DNA of 18,298 nucleotides from Candidatus Woesearchaeota archaeon (GTDB lineage Archaea; Nanobdellota; Nanobdellia; Woesearchaeales; JAHWHD01), in assembly GCA_019323525.1 (NCBI GenBank), contig JAHWHD010000103.1, forward strand, positions 1 to 18,298, in the 5' to 3' direction. A program made the position numbers and the translations under genes. Below the pieces are notes generated by a model, which made no database searches, was not told the DNA's origin, and saw nothing but the letters and a program-made list of their open reading frames with translations. Positions 1 to 6,042 of this stretch are shown here, in pieces (positions within the stretch are counted from its first letter, which is position 1; each line of letters begins with the position of its first letter).

Positions 1-668
1 TAATCAGGAAATAATTTGTTAGCAAACCTTATCTCTGACCTGACTGAATCCCACAGGAGAAACCCGAACAACTGCTTTTTCAACCCAGTTTTAATTATTA
101 GATCAGGCGGCATGAAATACGAGGTATAGATATTGTCCTTGACAGTCTCGGCAGTTATACTTTCAGGATCCAATTTATCACCCTGCACTTTCTTAGCTAT
201 CAGTTTACACGCGTCAACTATCTCTTCCTGACCATTGTAATTCAGGCATAGGTTCAAGAAAAACCTATCATAATCCTTTGTTGAAGCTATCAATGCTTTA
301 ATCTCTTCTATCAACTCGCTTGGAAGGTCATACCATTTACCTACCACAGATATTTTTACCTGGTTCTCCTCAATAAGTTTACTGTTCTTAACACCTGCAA
401 GGAACTTAGTAAGATACGAAAGCAATATATCAGGTTTAGACATCTCCTGCGGAAGCAGATACAATGTCAAAATCCTCACATTGTTGGCTATCTGCTGCTC
501 GATCATCTCGTTCAAGAGCTTAAACGACCGTTCATACCCAATGTCAAGGTCTTTATCATTATTCTCGCACCACATCTCTGTCCCGTTCACAGTAAGACCT
601 ACATGTAATGGAATACGTTTACCCTCCTCTTTTCTCTTCCGCATCAAGTCTAAAAACTTCTGAAACAT
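1..668 (-). CDS. cis-prenyltransferase (UppS / undecaprenyl-diphosphate synthase fold) homologue with degenerate active-site motifs; partial, C-terminus lies beyond the window start
   Basis: Not in the supplied ORF track because it is open to the window edge. My minus-strand translation from ATG 668-666: MFQKFLDLMRKRKEEGKRIPLHVGLTVNGTEMWCENN..NVRILTLYLLPQEM..VKISVVGKWYDLP..LNLCLNYNGQEEIVDACKLI..PPDLIIKTGLKKQLFGFLLWDSVRSEIRFANKLFPD, with no stop down to position 3. Collinear with UPPS blocks (HVAIIMDGNxRWA; LTLYAFSxEN; NIAxNYGGRxEI; PDLLIRTGGExRxSNFLLWQ..E..F....WPDF). Confidence 0.8.
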   Translation of the reverse strand, partial: MFQKFLDLMRKRKEEGKRIPLHVGLTVNGTEMWCENNDKDLDIGYERSFKLLNEMIEQQIANNVRILTLYLLPQEMSKPDILLSYLTKFLAGVKNSKLIEENQVKISVVGKWYDLPSELIEEIKALIASTKDYDRFFLNLCLNYNGQEEIVDACKLIAKKVQGDKLDPESITAETVKDNIYTSYFMPPDLIIKTGLKKQLFGFLLWDSVRSEIRFANKLFPD

Positions 669-690
669 TTTACTATTAAGTGATGATACC

Positions 691-704
691 AAAATATATA
701 AATC
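691..704. promoter_or_regulatory. single AT-rich TATA-like element AAAATATATAAATC midway between two divergent start codons (668 and 726)
   Basis: The centre (about 698) is 30 nt from ATG 668 (minus strand) and 28 nt from ATG 726 (plus strand). The whole intergenic region is only 57 bp. Confidence 0.45.
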
Positions 705-725
705 TTGTTATACTTAATTCACTAT

Positions 726-1562
726 ATGATAGAGTTCGTTATAGCTGTAATAGCATTACTGGTTGCAAGCTGGTCAGATATAAAGACTCGAGAGGTTCCT
801 GACTGGCTTAGCTATGCCCTTATCTTCATAGGATTCGGTCTAAGGGCAATACTCTCAATATTCCATGAAGATCCAAGCTATATACTCTATGGGGCATACG
901 GCTTTATAGTTTTCTTAGGTATTGGCTTACTATTATACTACTCTGGCCAATGGGGCGGCGGAGACTCTAAACTTATCTGGGGCATTGGCGCGTTAATCGG
1001 GTTAAAACTAGAACTCTCGATGCAGTTCATGATACTTTTCCTGATAAACCTTATTATTATAGGAGCAGTGTACGGATTTGTATGGTCTATCACATTATCC
1101 ATCAAGCACAGAAAACAGTTCATAAAAGAATACACAAATATATCTAACAAGCTAAAAGGATTAAGAAAGATAGTACTTATCTCTAGCATTGGTTTATTTA
1201 TTTTATTCTTATTGTTAATCAATAATACACTACTATCATTACCCTTACTGCTTGTAGCAGTCTTTGCCTTACTATTCTTCTATGTATTCGTATTTGCAAA
1301 AGCAGTAGAAAACTCATGCATGCTAAAGCTCTATCCTATCTCTAAGCTTACAGAAGGTGACTGGATAGCTAAAGACGTTATTGTTAAAGGAAAAAAGATC
1401 TGCGGACCTAAAGACCTTGGCATTACCAAGGAACAGATAGCAACCTTAAAAAAACTTAAGATCAAGAAAGTCCTTGTAAAGGAGGGCATACCATTTGTGC
1501 CAAGCTTCCTTATAGCCTTTATCTTTACCTGGGTAGTGGGTAACTGGTTCTTGTTTTTCTAA
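726..1562 (+). CDS. A24-family type IV prepilin / preflagellin peptidase (archaeal PibD/FlaK/EppA-like), polytopic membrane protein
   Basis: Both catalytic-Asp motifs of the GxGD aspartyl peptidases are visible: ..SWSDIKTREVPDW.. and ..QWGGGDSKLIWG... Multiple hydrophobic helices and a C-terminal soluble insert before the last TM, as in archaeal A24 peptidases. Track start 705 is a TTG. I prefer the in-frame ATG at 726, which lies 28 nt from the centre of a TATA-like box (694-702). Confidence 0.85.
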   Translation: MIEFVIAVIALLVASWSDIKTREVPDWLSYALIFIGFGLRAILSIFHEDPSYILYGAYGFIVFLGIGLLLYYSGQWGGGDSKLIWGIGALIGLKLELSMQFMILFLINLIIIGAVYGFVWSITLSIKHRKQFIKEYTNISNKLKGLRKIVLISSIGLFILFLLLINNTLLSLPLLLVAVFALLFFYVFVFAKAVENSCMLKLYPISKLTEGDWIAKDVIVKGKKICGPKDLGITKEQIATLKKLKIKKVLVKEGIPFVPSFLIAFIFTWVVGNWFLFF

Positions 1563-1616
1563 ATATATTTCCCGCTATAGTAATAGTTAAATAACCATCT
1601 TAGATTCTAATATTCT

Positions 1617-1946
1617 ATGGATACATTCAATATCTACTACGGGAGGCCTGCACTAGCAAGTCCCTCTCCTATTGGTTACTATGTTGAAGGCGGAGACTGT
1701 CACGGGCTAAGACTTCTACAGTACGACTGCAATGACGAGCATCCTGACTACAAGAGCATTGCAAAGACAGTAGCAGCTAATTTTCCAGGAACGATCGTTG
1801 AACTCACGCTGCTGTCTCAACAGCCTGAAAGCAAGCGTACAAACCACCGTTTTGGCATTGTAAAAGGCAAGATGTTTGGAGCTCTTGACGATAATCAATT
1901 GAAAGAACTTGCAACAGAAATCGCGCACGAGCTAAGAGGAAGATAA
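1617..1946 (+). CDS. hypothetical protein, paralogue A of a tandem pair (109 aa), no recognisable family
   Basis: ORF with a TATA-like GTTAAATAA (1586-1594) about 27 nt upstream of the ATG. Shares motifs with the next ORF: N-[IL]-Y-[YF]-G-R, Y-[YF]-x-EG, [HR]-R-F-G, L-D-[DE]-x-Q-L-x-E. No signal peptide or TM segment. Confidence 0.6.
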   Translation: MDTFNIYYGRPALASPSPIGYYVEGGDCHGLRLLQYDCNDEHPDYKSIAKTVAANFPGTIVELTLLSQQPESKRTNHRFGIVKGKMFGALDDNQLKELATEIAHELRGR

Positions 1947-1947
1947 A

Positions 1948-2280
1948 ATGTCAACTCGAACATCTTGCGGAGCACCTATGCCTGGAACATACAGTATTGC
2001 TAATCTTTATTTTGGAAGAGACAAGAAAGATTCCAAAGACTACTTTTTTCTTGAAGGCTATCTTGCAGATACAGGTGAATGGCACGACCTTGGCAGCCGC
2101 CTAGACCCTGCTAAGGCAGCACTTCTTATTGATAAAGGCAGGATTCCAACTGTAGACTCAAAACAATCGCACATCTACTCAACTAGAAGATTCGGAACAG
2201 AATCAAACAGATACGCATGGCACGGTCTTGACGAAAAACAATTAGCAGAATTCTTGCAACTTGTCAAATCCGACGATTAA
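1948..2280 (+). CDS. hypothetical protein, paralogue B of a tandem pair (110 aa)
   Basis: Starts 1 nt after the stop of the previous ORF (TAA-A-ATG), suggesting co-transcription. Motif-level similarity to 1617..1946 (NLYFGR, YFFLEG, RRFG, GLDEKQLAEF). Confidence 0.6.
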   Translation: MSTRTSCGAPMPGTYSIANLYFGRDKKDSKDYFFLEGYLADTGEWHDLGSRLDPAKAALLIDKGRIPTVDSKQSHIYSTRRFGTESNRYAWHGLDEKQLAEFLQLVKSDD

Positions 2281-2777
2281 GGCATCCTCTCAAGCTGCTT
2301 AATAAGGTAATTCTCTTCACCCTCTTCTTTCTCTATCTTCTCAATATCTTCAAGCTCCTCTTTCTTCTCTTCTTCCTTCTTCTCTTTCAGTCCATCTTTA
2401 AGCAGGAGCTCAAACCCTTGCATGTCATCATCAGAAAACTTTTCAGGTTTCCAGTCAAGGTTAAGACCGTCACCCTCAGTCCTTGGTATGATGTTGATAG
2501 AGAAATGCGGCACTTCCTGTCCAGGCGTACCGTTATGAACTATGATGTTAGTTCCGTGCACTCCAAGCACCTCAAACACTAAGGCACTTAACTTGTTAGA
2601 TACATTGAACAGATGCTCAACCTCAGCGTCAGGGACTTCTTCAAATATCCTGTAATGCTGTTTAGGAACAACTGTAATCTGTCCTTCAGCAACAGCAGTT
2701 TTAGGAAGGAACGCTATTAGTTTCTCATCTTCGTATATCACCTGTTCGCGTTCCACATCACAGTATTTACACGTCAT
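2277..2777 (-). CDS. HIT (histidine triad) superfamily protein with degenerate triad (H-F-S-I-N) and an acidic/lysine-rich C-terminal tail
   Basis: N-terminal CxxC (MTCKYC). HIT-fold blocks: YEDEKLIAFLPK, ITVVPKQHY, GTNIIVHNGTPGQEVPHFSINIIPR, then W-K-P. Triad codons checked on the DNA: 2507-2493 read CAT TTC TCT ATC AAC. Its ATG overlaps the upstream gene stop (ATGA at 2774-2777). Confidence 0.85.
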   Translation of the reverse strand: MTCKYCDVEREQVIYEDEKLIAFLPKTAVAEGQITVVPKQHYRIFEEVPDAEVEHLFNVSNKLSALVFEVLGVHGTNIIVHNGTPGQEVPHFSINIIPRTEGDGLNLDWKPEKFSDDDMQGFELLLKDGLKEKKEEEKKEELEDIEKIEKEEGEENYLIKQLERMP

Positions 2778-3673
2778 CCTAACAACTGGGCAATAGCATC
2801 TAGATCTATACCCTCTCCCTCCTCAATCTTCTCATCAATTTCATCGTCTTTATCTTTTGCTTTGGATTTTTCTGTTTTTTTAGAACCTGTTTTTATTTCA
2901 TTTATTTCATTTTTCTTAGTAGCTTTTTCTTTCTTTAAAGGAATCTTTTTACCGCTGACACATGTGCAAGGCTTTTTCCCAGACTCTTCTGCTTCTTCCT
3001 CTGTAAGGTATATCCTGTTTTCTTCGCGTATGTTCTGTGCAAAAGCACAGTTCTGTGTATGGAACCTTTTAGCTGTCTTGCTAGTGATGTATTTATCAGC
3101 TTTCTTTGTTTCAGTTTTTTGTATTTCTGATTTTTTTTCTTTTGATACTTTTTCTGATGCTCTTTTTACTTCTTTTTTTTCAGGCACATACCCAATCCTT
3201 GCACTTAACTTCTTTTTAACATCTGCAATATCAATTTCTCGTTCTTTAACCTTGAACAGACCGTCAGCCTCAAACCTAGGTATTATATGTATCATGAAAT
3301 GCTGCGCTCTCTGGCCTGCAACACCGCCGTTAGCGATGAACACAGTAGTGCCTGTAGCTTTCAATGCCTTTAACGCAGAATTACTTAGCTTCTTAGCCAC
3401 AACAAACAAATGGCCTAACACGTCTTGAGGTACAACAGGCATTATAGCATAATGCTCTTTAGGCATGACTAGCATATGACCTTTAGAAGCAGGGTTAATA
3501 TCCAGTATTGCTATTACCTTATCATCTTCATACACTTTCTTTGCAGGTATCTTCCCGCCAATGATCTGGCAGAATATACAATTCTGTTTCTGGTACTCTG
3601 CTAACTCCTCTGGAGACATGTTCTTCAACTTTTCCTGTAACGCAGCCATATCCTGCTCTGACATCTGTTGCAT
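2774..3673 (-). CDS. HIT superfamily protein (triad H-F-M-I-H) fused to a lysine-rich linker, an Ada-type/'sunset'-like Cys motif and an acidic tail
   Basis: NCIFCQIIGGKIPAKKVYEDDKVIAILDINPASKGHMLVMPKEHY and GTTVFIANGGVAGQRAQHFMIHIIPR are canonical Hint-branch blocks apart from the central His. The C-terminal half is K/E-rich and contains FHTQNCAFAQNIREENRIYLTEEEAEESGKKPCTC. Palindromic TTTATAAA (3696-3703) is centred about 26 nt upstream of the ATG. Confidence 0.85.
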   Translation of the reverse strand: MQQMSEQDMAALQEKLKNMSPEELAEYQKQNCIFCQIIGGKIPAKKVYEDDKVIAILDINPASKGHMLVMPKEHYAIMPVVPQDVLGHLFVVAKKLSNSALKALKATGTTVFIANGGVAGQRAQHFMIHIIPRFEADGLFKVKEREIDIADVKKKLSARIGYVPEKKEVKRASEKVSKEKKSEIQKTETKKADKYITSKTAKRFHTQNCAFAQNIREENRIYLTEEEAEESGKKPCTCVSGKKIPLKKEKATKKNEINEIKTGSKKTEKSKAKDKDDEIDEKIEEGEGIDLDAIAQLLG

Positions 3674-3749
3674 AACACAACTTTAAGAATGTTTGTTTAT
3701 AAATGTTTCTCCCAAAACATATTTATACCATTACTTATTCTGGTTTCAC

Positions 3750-4118
3750 ATGAACGATTTCCAAAAACGTATCAAACAATTCGCAGAAGAGCGTGACTGG
3801 AACCAGTTCCATAATCCTAAAGACCTTCTTCTAGGTATTGTTGAAGAGATCGGCGAGATACGCAACCTTGTCAAATGGGTGCAGGACCATGAAACACTGA
3901 AGAAGGTACTGGCTGACAACAAAGATATTCTTGAAGACAACATAGGCGACATCTACTGGTTCCTGGCAATACTTGCAAACAACCACGGAGTCAACATAGA
4001 TGAAGCAATTGACAAGGTTATCAAGAACAACGAGAAACGCTTCCCTGTAAAGGACGTCAAATCCCAGCATACTAACATATACCTTGGCGGCAAGGATAAG
4101 CAGTATGATGATGCATAA
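3750..4118 (+). CDS. MazG-like nucleoside triphosphate pyrophosphohydrolase (small all-alpha NTP-PPase)
   Basis: MNDFQKRIKQFAEERDWNQFHNPKDLLLGIVEEIGEI..NIGDIYWFLAILANNHGVNIDEAIDKVIKNNEKRFP shows the EExxE...D metal-binding pattern and the typical length. The track ORF begins at 3693. I prefer ATG 3750, which is 26 nt from the centre of ATTTATA (3721-3727). Confidence 0.8.
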   Translation: MNDFQKRIKQFAEERDWNQFHNPKDLLLGIVEEIGEIRNLVKWVQDHETLKKVLADNKDILEDNIGDIYWFLAILANNHGVNIDEAIDKVIKNNEKRFPVKDVKSQHTNIYLGGKDKQYDDA

Positions 4119-4133
4119 AAAAAAATAAAAAAA
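4119..4133 (-). terminator. oligo-T tract (T7-A-T9 on the minus strand) immediately after the SBP1 stop; archaeal-type terminator candidate
   Basis: Plus strand reads TAA-AAAAAAATAAAAAAA-TCA between the convergent MazG stop (4116-4118) and SBP1 stop (4134-4136). Confidence 0.5.
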
Positions 4134-5222
4134 TCATTCGAGTTCTACAAACTCTCCATCATGTATTGTCTTGAGGTTTATTTCTTTCAGTGTAGAGCTT
4201 TTTGAAAACTTGATCTTTCCAGATGCACCCTCGAAATCAAGCTCCTTGACCTTATCCACCATGCACTCTGAATCATCACACCGTTCGATAAGATCTTTCA
4301 TGATATATACCATATCATAAGTGCTTGCAGACGAGAACTCTGCCTGTTCGCCATACCTTTTCTCATAGAGCTCTGAATACTCTGTAATCTCTGGTGTCGA
4401 GCCAGCCTTGTAATGGTACGTATAGACAATGCCGTCAGCCAGTTCACCAGCCCCTTCCATAAGGTCAGGCGTCTGTGTGTACCAGATACCTATGACAGGA
4501 ATGTCTATGCCAAGCTCTTTCTTCTGCTTTAGCATGTTAGCATAAGGTCCTGGGTTGAGACCCGCGAAGATAACATCAGGATCAGCCTTTTTAAGCTTTG
4601 CAAGCTGCACCCTGAACTCAGAAGCAAGCCAATCACTTGGCTGAATACTGATAACATCAACACCTTGCTTTTCAGCGATCTCTACCACAATCTCTCTATA
4701 ACTTTCATAAAAATCGTTCTGGTTATAGATGATCCCGAGAGTCTCATAACCCTGCTCCTCAACATACTCGAAGAGTTTGGTAACCTCTCTCCTCATCGAC
4801 GGCTGAAGGCTGAAATAATGCGGAAACTTACCTTCCAAAGACATGAGCCTGAACGATGGCGTGAAAACTATAGACTTCCCTTCTGTCACAGGAGCTACTG
4901 CTGGAGAGTTTGCTGAGCAGACAACTATGAACTTGTCAATACCCTGCGTCTGCATCTTGTTGACTGCAGTTACAGCTGGCTGTGCAGAGCACTGGTCATC
5001 CTCTACAACAAGCTCGAGCATCTTACCATCTATCCCTCCTGCTTCGTTTATCTCATCTATAGCAGTCTGTGCGCCTCTAAGGCTCCACTCACCTAACCTG
5101 GCTACAGGCCCTGTAAGAGGTCCTGAAAACCCTATCTTGATAGTATCTTCTGAACATCCTGCTACCAAGACCAATACAACAATTATTCCGAAAATAAGTT
5201 TGTTTTTTACCATATTGAACAT
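4134..5222 (-). CDS. ABC transporter substrate-binding protein, Liv/PBP type I family (SBP1), lipobox-like anchor
   Basis: Signal/anchor ..IIVVLVLVAGCSED. followed by IKIGFSGPLTGPVARLGEWSLRGAQTAIDEINEAGGIDGKMLELVVEDDQC..AVTAVNKM, typical of LivJ/LivK-like Peripla_BP_6 proteins. Alternative in-frame ATG at 5213 (MVKNK...). Confidence 0.9.
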   Translation of the reverse strand: MFNMVKNKLIFGIIVVLVLVAGCSEDTIKIGFSGPLTGPVARLGEWSLRGAQTAIDEINEAGGIDGKMLELVVEDDQCSAQPAVTAVNKMQTQGIDKFIVVCSANSPAVAPVTEGKSIVFTPSFRLMSLEGKFPHYFSLQPSMRREVTKLFEYVEEQGYETLGIIYNQNDFYESYREIVVEIAEKQGVDVISIQPSDWLASEFRVQLAKLKKADPDVIFAGLNPGPYANMLKQKKELGIDIPVIGIWYTQTPDLMEGAGELADGIVYTYHYKAGSTPEITEYSELYEKRYGEQAEFSSASTYDMVYIMKDLIERCDDSECMVDKVKELDFEGASGKIKFSKSSTLKEINLKTIHDGEFVELE

Positions 5223-5249
5223 ATATGTTATAGAACATATTTAAATTTG

Positions 5250-5271
5250 TGTTGTCAATTAATTAACGACA
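5250..5271. promoter_or_regulatory. candidate operator: imperfect palindrome tGTTGTCAATT|AATTAACGACa between the divergent SBP1 and TrmB1 promoters
   Basis: 9 of 11 arm positions pair. Flanked by ATATTTAAATTT (5237-5248, faces SBP1) and TTTATAAATA (5281-5290, 30 nt before ATG 5311). Confidence 0.55.
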
Positions 5272-5310
5272 GAAGAAAGATTTATAAATATATTAACATT
5301 TCTTCTGACA

Positions 5311-6042
5311 ATGGAAGAAGAACTAAGGGAATTCGGCCTTACCGATAAAGAGATTCAGGTATACCTTGCATGCCTTAAGCTGGGCTCTGCACTGGTCCAG
5401 GACATTGCAAAAGCAGCAGGCACGTACAGGACTTATACCTATGAGATTCTTAAATCATTAAAAGAAAAAGGGCTTGTTTCTTATGTGATTAGGTCAGGCA
5501 AGCAGTATTTTGAGGTCGCAGAGCCAGACAAACTTCTCAGTATCCTCAAAGAGAAAGAAGCAAAAATCAACAACATCATGCCACAATTAAAAGGCATATA
5601 CAAGACAGCTGTAGAAAAGCCAAAGATAGAGGTCTACGAAGGCAAAGAAGGTGTTAAGACAGTCATGGATGATATTGTAAGAACCAAACAAGAGGCTTTG
5701 GTTTACTGTTCTACAAGAAAACAAATGAACCTGCTTACATTCTATTTCCCAAACTTCATCAAAAGACGTATCAAGAACAAGATAAGGATCAAGGTTTTGG
5801 CAGAAGCTTCAAAAACAGCCATGGAATATGTCAAGACAAATAAACAAGAGTTAAGAGAGATGAGATTCTTGCCGATTGAGATGGAGTTTCCAACAGCTAC
5901 ATACATATATGGAAACAAAGTGGCGATAATGTCGCTAGAGAAAGATATTATTGGGGTGGTCATAGAAAGCGAGACAATTGCAAAGACACAAAGAATTGTG
6001 TTTGATCTATTATGGAGTGCAGCTCATCTTCCGCCAAAATAG
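5311..6042 (+). CDS. TrmB-family transcriptional regulator, short form (TrmB1, 243 aa)
   Basis: N-terminal winged HTH typical of TrmB: LREFGLTDKEIQVYLACLKLGSALVQDIAKAAGTYRTYTYEILKSLKEKGLVSYV. The C-terminal domain is shared with three paralogues in this window (IEVYEG.EGVKT, FPNFI, YGNKVAI, LLW). Confidence 0.85.
   Translation: MEEELREFGLTDKEIQVYLACLKLGSALVQDIAKAAGTYRTYTYEILKSLKEKGLVSYVIRSGKQYFEVAEPDKLLSILKEKEAKINNIMPQLKGIYKTAVEKPKIEVYEGKEGVKTVMDDIVRTKQEALVYCSTRKQMNLLTFYFPNFIKRRIKNKIRIKVLAEASKTAMEYVKTNKQELREMRFLPIEMEFPTATYIYGNKVAIMSLEKDIIGVVIESETIAKTQRIVFDLLWSAAHLPPK

Noticed and set aside
481-663. 60-aa plus-strand ORF from the track
   Set aside because: It lies entirely antisense to the much longer cis-prenyltransferase-like frame (1..668, minus strand), which has clear family motifs. 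The protein is low-complexity with no recognisable features.
1617-2280. An apparently GC-richer patch, suggesting a horizontally acquired islet
   Set aside because: My hand counts of a few 60-nt lines gave about 45-52% GC here, but similar values (about 48%) in a line of SBP1 and much lower values (about 27%) in the membrane-protein gene. Composition is heterogeneous by gene type, and there are no flanking repeats, tRNA or integrase to support an island.
2862-3428. 188-aa plus-strand ORF rich in F/S/L, and the long polypyrimidine runs on the plus strand (about 2300-2400 and 2830-3200)
   Set aside because: It is the mirror image of the K/E-rich tails (AAG/GAA/AAA codons) of the two HIT genes on the minus strand. 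This is a shadow ORF and a compositional by-product, not an independent gene or designed repeat.
4665-5244. 83-aa and 133-aa plus-strand ORFs inside SBP1
   Set aside because: They are antisense shadows of a gene with strong PBP type I homology. The same applies to 938..1222, 1716..1928, 3746..4070, 5742..5963, 6012..6236, 6345..6783, 7095..7355, 9341..9757, 10197..10899, 10963..11163, 11461..11880, 12136..12675, 13237..13491 and 15975..16265.
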